From positions 1 to 27,463 of IMG/VR virus record IMGVR_UViG_3300017766_005793: a stretch of DNA of 27,463 nucleotides. The stretch is one strand, 5' to 3'. The notes under the pieces are model-generated. The model searched no databases. It saw only the letters and a program-made list of their open reading frames with translations, and was not told the DNA's origin. This document shows positions 8,261 to 15,969 of this stretch, one piece after another (positions within the stretch are counted from its first letter, which is position 1; every line of letters starts with the position of its first letter). Made by a program: the position numbers and the translations under genes. Origin of the DNA: a virus. Taxonomy: Duplodnaviria > Caudoviricetes.

Positions 8261-8647
8261 TTACAGGCCAGCCTCAATCTGCGTCTTGACGTAGGAGGTG
8301 AGCACCTTCATGCCCATCGCCCGGTCAGACAGGGAGTCCAGCTCGGCCTTGATAAGCTGGTACTCGCATTCTGCTTCGATGTACAGTTCCTCCGCGAAGA
8401 CCACGTCGGGGTGCGTGGTCACCATGGCGGAGAGCGTAGCCTCGGTGATCTTGGAACCCACCGACTCCTCGCGGAGCATCAGGTAGGTGCGTGCCTCGGC
8501 CTGCTTGAGGTCGCGCTTCGTGCGCAGCACCTTGGCCTTGGCGTGTGCGTGCTTGTACGCCGCCGAGGCAACCTCGGCGGAAGCGCGGGGAGTGAGCTCG
8601 ACGACCTGGTCAACGTCAAAGATGTAGCGCTCGTCTGCGTCAAACAT
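8261..8647 (-). CDS. UvsY-like recombination mediator
   Basis: 128-aa helical protein with the segment KITEATLSAMVTTHPDV; sits between polA and SSB/recA. Confidence 0.55.
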   Translation of the reverse strand: MFDADERYIFDVDQVVELTPRASAEVASAAYKHAHAKAKVLRTKRDLKQAEARTYLMLREESVGSKITEATLSAMVTTHPDVVFAEELYIEAECEYQLIKAELDSLSDRAMGMKVLTSYVKTQIEAGL

Positions 8648-8656
8648 AGGTTCCTC

Positions 8657-11284
8657 TCAGAAAGGTTGCAGGTTTCCCCAAGTAGGTCCGAATTCGAAGT
8701 CTGCTTTGAGGGTGAGCGGTCCGACCTTCTGCTCGGTCATGCACCGCTCCATGAGGTCTTTGACCTCGTCCTTATACTTGCTCTTGCACTCGACTAGGAT
8801 TGAGTCGTGTACGGTCAGGATTATACGCGCAGGAAGTTTACTGTCTAGTAGTTTCTGCTCGATTTTTACTGCTGATGATAGACAGATGTCAGAAGCCCAG
8901 CCCTGAATTGGGGAATTCTGTGATCCGCGCTCTGCACCACCCTTCTTGTAGTTGTGGTAGCCGATAGAGGGCATCTCACGCCGACGGGCAGGCTTGCCGT
9001 CCCATGGGATCCAGACTTCGCCCGTCATCTGGGCCTTGATGCGAGCCTCTTCCATGGTCGCAGTCAGGCCAGAGTAGGCCTTCTCGAAGCCGAGGACGAG
9101 CTTCTCTGCCGCGTCGATGTTGATCCCCAGGTTCTGGCTCAGACCCTTCGCCGAGGACTTGTAGATGGCGGCGAAGTTGGCTGTCTTGGCTTGGTTACGA
9201 TACGGGGACTCCTTACCAGCCGCCTTCTGCTCGCGGATGATCCGGATGCACTCCTCGCTGGTGATGCCCCAAGCATCGGGAGCGATCTTGGCTGCCGTCA
9301 TGGTGTGGAAGTCGGAGCCGCTGATGAGGATGTCCAGCATCTCCCGGTCCATCGACCACGCAGCCGCGATGTAGATCTCGAGGGTCTTGTAGTCGGCCTG
9401 CACGATGATCCAGTCGTCGTCGTACCAAGTCCCGCCGAACGTAGTACCGTCTGCTTGGAACAGGTTCTTCACGACCTTGGCGTCGGGGCCACCCTTCGAG
9501 GGGATAGTCTGAGCAGCCGGCTCGGTCATCGACAGACGGCCCGACCGGGCACCTGCGATGTCAGGGCGAGGGTGAACTCGCCCGTCCGCGCCGATGTAGT
9601 TGGGGAGCGTCGTGACGTAGCTGCCGTAGAGCTTGATGAGCTTACGCCACGTCATCAGGTGATCGATGATCGGGTCACCCTTGAGCAGGGCAAGCGCCTT
9701 CGCATCCGTGGAGACCGAGCCCTTCTCGGTACGGAGAACTCGGTCAGGCGGAGCCACCGCCTGGATGTACTCGCCGATGTTGGCGTTGGACGTCGGCTTG
9801 ATGCCCTGATCTGCGAAGAACCTGTCGAGCTCTGAGATCTTCGCGGAGAAGTAGTGCTCCGCCTGCTTGATCGAGTCCCTTGAGATCGACAGTCCCGTGC
9901 GGGACATGCGCCCGAGGAAGCCATAGGCAGGGTAGATCAATCGCTCTCGGTGCGCCCGGATGGGAGGGTACTGCTCAAGCTCGCGCATGTTGCGCTCGTG
10001 GACCGCCAAGGTGACCCACGAGTCGCGAGCGGCGTAGCGGTTGAGTACTTCGGGGTCGACGCCCTTGTACATGTACGCCTTGATGCGCTTCTTCATGTAC
10101 TTCTTGGTGTCGGCCGACATGTCATCCCGGATGACTTCCTTGATGACGTCGTCCTTGATGTCCTTCTGGGCGTCGTCCATCTCACGCTTCGGGGAAGGGA
10201 TGCCAACTCCGAAAGCCAGCTGCGCGAGCTTGGCGTCGCACTCACCGTGGATGAGCTTCGCGTCGACGCGCGTGTCCCACGTGATGGGTCCGGGGCGGAA
10301 CTTGAACCGGGCGTCGACATCGAACGCCTGGATGTCGTAGTCGATGTTCTGGCCGCCGTACTGGATGTGGGGGCGGGTCAGGGCGTGCTTCACCCACGCG
10401 CGCACCTTGGGGTCCTCGAGGGCCTCGTCGTCGATGACGAGGGTCACTGACTCAAGGTCCTTCGTCATCGTGATACGCACGATCTCGAAGTCCGTCTGGT
10501 GCTGCAGGCCGTGGGTCTCGGTGTCGAACGAGATCACCTTGGCGTCCGACAGCCACTCCTCGGCCCAGTCCAGCTCAGACGCCTTCACGACGTGCGCTTG
10601 GACCTGGGGGAGCGCGATGCGCTTGGGGTCGGTGTGGAGGTCAAGGAGCAGCTGCACCTCCTCGACCAAGTGGCGGTGAAACATCTCGTTCGAGAGGATT
10701 TCACTGGCCTTGTGCGTCCCGACGATGGGGATTCGCCTGTTCAATGAGCTGCTGTGGACACTGAAATAGCAACCGCGATTTGAATGGGTGCTGATGGGGA
10801 AGCCGGCGAAGGCTTTCGCAGCGAAGCCTCCCATCAGCAGGACCATGTCAGGCTTGAAGCCAGACCATGACCACGAGAGGTACGGGCGGCACGCCGTGAT
10901 GTCGGAGTCCTTGAGCGGAGCTCCGTTACGCCCACTGAGCGTGCCGCACCGGAAGGCGTGGTCGTAGAGGATGTGCCCCTTGAACCCGCGTCCTCGGATG
11001 GTCGAGGTGACGATGCGCTCCGTGGCGGCATCGAGCACCGATTGGGAGAGGATAACGAGCATGCGCTCGTTACCCTCACCCCGCACGAGGCGGGGCTTTG
11101 AGATAGTGGGCCCGTCCCGGAGCTTCGACCGACTGCATAGGTTGCAGCCGTCTCCATAGGACTGAATCACCTTGGAACGACCGCTGGCCGTCCACTTCCT
11201 GTCGAGTTCGACCACGTTGGGCGAGACCGGGAGGGTCTCGTCCACCGCGATCGTGTCGAGGTAATCCGGGAACAGGTCAATCAT
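8657..11284 (-). CDS. polA: Family A DNA polymerase with N-terminal family-4 uracil-DNA-glycosylase-like domain and 3'-5' exonuclease
   Basis: Exonuclease: FDTET, GQNIDYD, YAARD. Polymerase: SGRLS, ADYKTLE (A), RNQAKTANF (B), NSPIQG, TVHDS (C). N-terminal CNLC..GEGN..RC..ACRPYL..PDMVLLMG is UDG4-like. Confidence 0.95.
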   Translation of the reverse strand: MIDLFPDYLDTIAVDETLPVSPNVVELDRKWTASGRSKVIQSYGDGCNLCSRSKLRDGPTISKPRLVRGEGNERMLVILSQSVLDAATERIVTSTIRGRGFKGHILYDHAFRCGTLSGRNGAPLKDSDITACRPYLSWSWSGFKPDMVLLMGGFAAKAFAGFPISTHSNRGCYFSVHSSSLNRRIPIVGTHKASEILSNEMFHRHLVEEVQLLLDLHTDPKRIALPQVQAHVVKASELDWAEEWLSDAKVISFDTETHGLQHQTDFEIVRITMTKDLESVTLVIDDEALEDPKVRAWVKHALTRPHIQYGGQNIDYDIQAFDVDARFKFRPGPITWDTRVDAKLIHGECDAKLAQLAFGVGIPSPKREMDDAQKDIKDDVIKEVIRDDMSADTKKYMKKRIKAYMYKGVDPEVLNRYAARDSWVTLAVHERNMRELEQYPPIRAHRERLIYPAYGFLGRMSRTGLSISRDSIKQAEHYFSAKISELDRFFADQGIKPTSNANIGEYIQAVAPPDRVLRTEKGSVSTDAKALALLKGDPIIDHLMTWRKLIKLYGSYVTTLPNYIGADGRVHPRPDIAGARSGRLSMTEPAAQTIPSKGGPDAKVVKNLFQADGTTFGGTWYDDDWIIVQADYKTLEIYIAAAWSMDREMLDILISGSDFHTMTAAKIAPDAWGITSEECIRIIREQKAAGKESPYRNQAKTANFAAIYKSSAKGLSQNLGINIDAAEKLVLGFEKAYSGLTATMEEARIKAQMTGEVWIPWDGKPARRREMPSIGYHNYKKGGAERGSQNSPIQGWASDICLSSAVKIEQKLLDSKLPARIILTVHDSILVECKSKYKDEVKDLMERCMTEQKVGPLTLKADFEFGPTWGNLQPF

Positions 11285-12108
11285 GCGAACTTGCTCGCGA
11301 CAAAGCGGCGGATGGTGGCTTCACCCGGCGGAGTTTTCGGGAAGGACTTGAACTTGCCGGCGTTGGCGAGGATGAACGAGATAGCCTCGTCGAGGTCCGC
11401 GCCCTGCCCCTTGAGATAGCCGACGGCATCCTCGAGAGCCACGCCGATCTTCGGGGTATCGTAGATCTGCGTGTCCATGCGCCACTCCTTGGTCAGCGCA
11501 GCGCGCTGCGGGAGCTTGGCCAGAACCTCCTCAGGACCCTCCACCTCGACAGGCGCGCTGGGCGTCGGGTCGTACTCCTCGTCCTCGTCCTCGAACTGGG
11601 GCTCGGGAGCGAGGTTGAAGTTGGCGAAGCTGGGCTTCGCTTCCCCCATGACCTCGCGGTCGTCGTCCGACCCGACCGAGGCACCCTCGTCCTCGTCGAA
11701 GACGACCTGGGAGGCCTCGAGCGCCTTGGCCTGCGGGCGAGGCGACGGACCAGTCACGGGAGCGTCGGCCAGCTTGCGCGGACGACCACGCTTCTTCTTG
11801 TCACCCGGGGGCTCAGTCGCCGGCAGCGTGAAGGCAGGCTTCTCTTCCTGCGGAGGAGAAGCCTCGACCACGGGGGCGGTGACCTGCACGACGGGCTCGG
11901 TCACGGTGAACGAGATCACCGGCGCGGCCTGCAGCACAGGGGTCACGGTGACGTAAGCCTCCGGAACGGAGGGTGCGGGCTCGGGCTTGGGCTCAGGCTT
12001 AGGGGCAGGGCCGACAGGTCCAGTGTTGGAGGCCAGGGCCAGCTGGTTGAACGTCTTGGCAAAGCTGAACATCTCATCAATCGAATCGAAACTCACATTG
12101 ATCTGCAT
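11281..12108 (-). CDS. Pro/acidic low-complexity protein with an AT-hook motif
   Basis: KKKRGRPRK AT-hook, Pro/Val-rich linker, acidic tracts (DEDEG, FEDEDEEYD) and a helical C-terminal domain; overlaps both neighbours. Confidence 0.7.
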   Translation of the reverse strand: MQINVSFDSIDEMFSFAKTFNQLALASNTGPVGPAPKPEPKPEPAPSVPEAYVTVTPVLQAAPVISFTVTEPVVQVTAPVVEASPPQEEKPAFTLPATEPPGDKKKRGRPRKLADAPVTGPSPRPQAKALEASQVVFDEDEGASVGSDDDREVMGEAKPSFANFNLAPEPQFEDEDEEYDPTPSAPVEVEGPEEVLAKLPQRAALTKEWRMDTQIYDTPKIGVALEDAVGYLKGQGADLDEAISFILANAGKFKSFPKTPPGEATIRRFVASKFA

Positions 12109-12941
12109 ACTTCCTCACTAGCTTGCTGAATGGACCTAAGGAACTCTTCATGAGTGGCATCCCCCGGGTCCTTCCCGGAGGCGACTGGAACGTAAATTGC
12201 GTCGATGCCTTGTACTTTGAGCAGCTGAGCCAGTGCCCAGCTTTCTGCTCTCGCGTCACCGTCCAGCATTATGTAGACGCGTTTTCTAACAGATGCAAGT
12301 AGCTTTTTGTGCTCCTTTGATGGTTTTCCTAATACCGCTACAGCGTGAGGGTAGTGGGGCATCGCATCGAAGACACCTTCTACAACGACGATGGGCTCGT
12401 CGTCCCACAGCCTGTCCTTATTGAACATGCTGATCTCACGCTGGAAACCCTTCGGGTATCGGTACGACCGATCCTTCACGTTACGGGCCACAAAGCCAGA
12501 AAGCTTCTCTCCGTCCCACAGCGGTACAACCAAGCAGTCCCGGTAGAAGCCGTGCGTGCAGTACCCCAGACCACAATCGACGATCGTGTCCGGGTGTACG
12601 TTACGACCGACCACGTAGTTCCAGAAGAGAAAGTCGGAGCCAGCCTTGGGGCGCTCCGAGAGCGGGGTGAATTCCTCAGGCAGGGTGATGGTTGGGGCCT
12701 TCGCCTCGACGACGATGTCCACAGGCGGGATGAACCAGTCCTGCTCATTGCGCTTCTTGTAGAAGCCTTTCTCTTGGCACCGGTGGCAGTAGAAGTACCC
12801 CGAGTCCTGACTCACGGACATGTTCCGCTTGGACAGGTTCTCGTGCCCGCACCAAGGGCAGGGGATACGGAGCCAGGCGCGGTCGTCACCGCGCTCTGCT
12901 ACGAACGCGGCGACGAGGTCTGCTACTTCGCTCTTACTCAT
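12093..12941 (-). CDS. dnaG: DNA primase (Zn finger + TOPRIM)
   Basis: CPWC..CHRC Zn finger; VVEGVFDAM, MLDGD and KDPGD TOPRIM motifs. Confidence 0.9.
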   Translation of the reverse strand: MSKSEVADLVAAFVAERGDDRAWLRIPCPWCGHENLSKRNMSVSQDSGYFYCHRCQEKGFYKKRNEQDWFIPPVDIVVEAKAPTITLPEEFTPLSERPKAGSDFLFWNYVVGRNVHPDTIVDCGLGYCTHGFYRDCLVVPLWDGEKLSGFVARNVKDRSYRYPKGFQREISMFNKDRLWDDEPIVVVEGVFDAMPHYPHAVAVLGKPSKEHKKLLASVRKRVYIMLDGDARAESWALAQLLKVQGIDAIYVPVASGKDPGDATHEEFLRSIQQASEEVCRSM

Positions 12942-14289
12942 CCTCGAACTCCCACTTGGTGTTACCCGTGAAGGTCGTCGGGGGCACCTTCATCTCATCA
13001 GAGACGGGGATGTTCGTGAAGTGGGGATTCGGAAGAACGCAGCCGTAGCTGGAATTAAAGGTGAAAGCGGGTGTGCGCTTGCGCGGAACGCCCGTACGGA
13101 ACTTGGCCAGGTAGGCGTAGACCTTCTCGCTGCCATCGTCCGTAGGCTCGACGTTGACCGAGATGACGTTGTCGGAGACGCGGGACTTGTGCTGCGAGTC
13201 GGCGAGATCCTCAGTGCCGAGCGGGCCCGTCTTCTTGTTCTTGGACTGACGCTGCGGCTGCGAAGCAGAGAACAGAACGATGTTGTCCTGCATGGCCCAC
13301 TTGCGGAGGTCCTTCGTAGCGCGCCCGCCGATCTTGTAGTCGTTGTCGGCCTTGGTGACGGCAGCTCCGCCGCCCAGCAGGTCCAGGTAGTCGATGAGGA
13401 CGATCTCGTAGTCGTTGCCGCACGAGTTGCGAAGCCCCTCGCGAATGTCCTGCACCGAGGTCCCCTCGTCGGACTCGAGGATCCAAAGCGGCGGGAGGTC
13501 GAGCTTACGCAAGATCTCAGCAGCGTCGTCGGGCCGGTCGGTCACTTGGTCGATGGTCATGCCCACCAGCGGGGCCACGACACGGGCCGCCTGGTACTCG
13601 AACGGGAGCTCGAGGGTCACTAGGGCGCAGGGCTTACCCATGAGAATGTTGTGGGCCATGGTCTGGGTGAGGAGCATGGACTTGCCGACGCCCGTCATGC
13701 CGACGAAGACGGTCAGCGTCTTGTAGGGGGCTCCACCCTTCATGAGCATGTCGAGCTCGGGATTACCGACCCCGATGCGCTTCATGCCCTGCATGGCCTT
13801 GATAGCAGCAAAGGCCGTGTCGGCGCTCTGGGTCACGTTGAACGCCCGGATGGCGTTCATCGTCCCCAAGGACTCCACTGCTGAGATCTGCGGGATGAAC
13901 TCGGCGAGCGACCCGCGCTGCCCGGCCTTCTCGATGATCTTGTTGACCAGCGACATCCGCTTGGAGCTCTTCATCGAGCGGCCGACGGACTCCCACGTGG
14001 CGTCGTCGGAAGGATGTTTTCTCTGCCAGATGTCTACGCAGGCATCGTGAACGGCCATGTAGTCGTCGAACGACATCTTGCCCATGTCATGGGCTTGCGT
14101 GACCTCCTGCAAAAGGATGCTGCTGTGCCGTTTGTGTCCTGCCTTGGCCATGCCGAACAGCGTGCGGTACGGGCCCTTGAACACGCTCGGGTCCATGTGC
14201 TCGCAGGCCAGCTGCCAGAACGAGTGGGACTCAAGCATCCAGTAGATAGAAGAAGCCTGAAGCTCCTCAACGAGATTGAAGTCGTCCAT
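12934..14289 (-). CDS. dnaB: DnaB-like (SF4) replicative helicase
   Basis: GMTGVGKS, TLEL, IDYLDLL, ASQ, LADS, KFR motifs; adjacent to the primase. Confidence 0.92.
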   Translation of the reverse strand: MDDFNLVEELQASSIYWMLESHSFWQLACEHMDPSVFKGPYRTLFGMAKAGHKRHSSILLQEVTQAHDMGKMSFDDYMAVHDACVDIWQRKHPSDDATWESVGRSMKSSKRMSLVNKIIEKAGQRGSLAEFIPQISAVESLGTMNAIRAFNVTQSADTAFAAIKAMQGMKRIGVGNPELDMLMKGGAPYKTLTVFVGMTGVGKSMLLTQTMAHNILMGKPCALVTLELPFEYQAARVVAPLVGMTIDQVTDRPDDAAEILRKLDLPPLWILESDEGTSVQDIREGLRNSCGNDYEIVLIDYLDLLGGGAAVTKADNDYKIGGRATKDLRKWAMQDNIVLFSASQPQRQSKNKKTGPLGTEDLADSQHKSRVSDNVISVNVEPTDDGSEKVYAYLAKFRTGVPRKRTPAFTFNSSYGCVLPNPHFTNIPVSDEMKVPPTTFTGNTKWEFEDE

Positions 14290-15542
14290 TATTTGACCTT
14301 CCTACGGCGAATTACTGTTCCCGTCTGATCGACGGTCCGGGGAGCCTGTGGCTCAGGTAGTGGTTCCTTCTTGGGGCGAGGCTCCTCGACCTTAGAAGGA
14401 GGGCTGCGGAATAGTATTGGGGACTCGGGCGGGGCCGTCGGCCTCGCCTTTGGCTTACTTCCTCCTGCCACTCGCTTGGAATTATTTTTCTGGTTACGTC
14501 CGAATCTGGAACGCTTGAAGTTAGGCTCCCTTCCGGGGACCTTGATCTCGGGCTGAAGGCCCAATTGTTCCGCGATACTTTTGGCTGCGCGGCGCTTGCG
14601 AAGCACCTCAGCGCGAGCTTCTGTCTGCTTCTCGCTGATTTTCCCGGCGATGTGGCACTGACCAATGCCAAACAGCTTGAGGTCGCTGATTGGGTTGTCG
14701 GAAATCCAGGCATCGAGACGAGAGGCGTCTCGATAGGCTGCCAAACGCTTCCTAATCACTATGCTATCCTGAAGTCCCTCAGAAATGAGGGACTCGATTT
14801 TGGCATTATACTTCTCCTGCCAGAGGGTAAGTGGTGCGTCCGAATCCCTAGATTCGGTCACGTACTCCATGTAGAGGTGAAAGGCCTCCCGAGCCGCGAA
14901 GGGCCAGATAACAAGCCCCGAACGTGCGTGAAACGGGGTCATCATCTGCGACCGAAACATGCCGCGCATGCGGGGCTCAGCGACCCATTTCGGATCCCAG
15001 ATCCAATGGGGCGTAATGGCGTCCTGCCACGGCTCGGTCCAGCGGGGGTCCTCAGACTTGGTCCGCATCTCTGCGTACCAGGTCTTCAGGGAGATGATGC
15101 GCCAGATGACCCAAGGGCCGATGGCGAGGTACTTTCCGGAGTCGACGTCGGAGCCGCGCTTGTACTTGCGGAGGAACTCGACGAGGGTCTGAACCCGCTC
15201 TTCGTTGCGCTTGGAGCCGAACCACGCCTTGGTCTTGCGACCGAGGAGGGCTGCCTCTTCCGGGAGCATGACGTGACGAGCCGCACGCTTCGTCGCCTCG
15301 GCGAACCATTCGTCGAGCGGACCCGTGTCATTCGGCAGGTCCTGCGGGAGGCCCAGAACCGAGCTCTGGAACTTCAGGGCGAAGTCCTCCCACTTCACCA
15401 TGGGCTGGGAGCGGCTCCTGCCGCCCGACCGCTCCATCACCTGCCTAAGCTCTTTCATAAGCTCCTTCACACCACCGCGACGTCGAGAACGAGAGTTGAT
15501 GGGTCTGCTCTTACAGAAGACCTCGAAAGCCTGAAGCATCAC
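14289..15542 (-). CDS. Hypothetical protein (basic, Pro/Lys-rich tail); possible replication initiator or helicase loader by position
   Basis: 417-aa ORF coupled to dnaB (TAATG). No motif recognised. Confidence 0.7.
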   Translation of the reverse strand: MMLQAFEVFCKSRPINSRSRRRGGVKELMKELRQVMERSGGRSRSQPMVKWEDFALKFQSSVLGLPQDLPNDTGPLDEWFAEATKRAARHVMLPEEAALLGRKTKAWFGSKRNEERVQTLVEFLRKYKRGSDVDSGKYLAIGPWVIWRIISLKTWYAEMRTKSEDPRWTEPWQDAITPHWIWDPKWVAEPRMRGMFRSQMMTPFHARSGLVIWPFAAREAFHLYMEYVTESRDSDAPLTLWQEKYNAKIESLISEGLQDSIVIRKRLAAYRDASRLDAWISDNPISDLKLFGIGQCHIAGKISEKQTEARAEVLRKRRAAKSIAEQLGLQPEIKVPGREPNFKRSRFGRNQKNNSKRVAGGSKPKARPTAPPESPILFRSPPSKVEEPRPKKEPLPEPQAPRTVDQTGTVIRRRKVK

Positions 15543-15784
15543 ACCAGCTCACAGTGGCTCGCACACACGAACCCTGACTTGCCGGTCACCCAGAGGATCA
15601 GGTCCCAGTCGTCAGTCTGGGCTTGATCAACCTTTCCCCCGTACCAGGCATGAGACCTTATCCAGCCGGTGTGCGGCTGGCATGGCATGTCCTTGAGGGG
15701 CCAGTAGCGGACCTGCTTTTGAAACTCCTGAGCATCGGTCACCTGCTCAAGAGTGAGACCTAGAGTAGTAGGAGGCGTTTCCAT
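15539..15784 (-). CDS. Hypothetical protein (81 aa), first gene of the replication operon
   Basis: AGAGG SD upstream; GTGA overlap with the next gene. Confidence 0.6.
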   Translation of the reverse strand: METPPTTLGLTLEQVTDAQEFQKQVRYWPLKDMPCQPHTGWIRSHAWYGGKVDQAQTDDWDLILWVTGKSGFVCASHCELV

Positions 15785-15969
15785 GAGTGGACCTCTAAGT
15801 TACTACGCGACTATAGTCAAGACCTGTTTTTAGTGTACTTCGTACATCAGAGCTACTAGATCTGTAGCAGGTCTACTTAGGCCTTGCGCCCAAGCTTGAT
15901 TCATACTTGACTACGAACGCGCTGTAGTCAAGTTTCAGATTGCAGTTTTCTTCAGGAGGAGCCTAGACC
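15785..15969. promoter_or_regulatory. Divergent promoter/operator (possible origin) region with clustered palindromes
   Basis: GACTATAGTC (15809-15818), TGTAC-N3-GTACA (15834-15846), GCTAC-N7-GTAGC (15852-15868) and ACTTGACTAC-N9-GTAGTCAAGT (15905-15933). AT-richer than the flanks; lies at the strand switch. Confidence 0.6.

Noticed and set aside
3600-15630. Long + strand ORFs opposite the replication genes (e.g. 4786..5532, 7441..8289, 8954..9835, 14565..15626)
   Set aside because: Antisense shadows expected from C/G-ending codon bias; they have no motifs and lie opposite well-supported genes.
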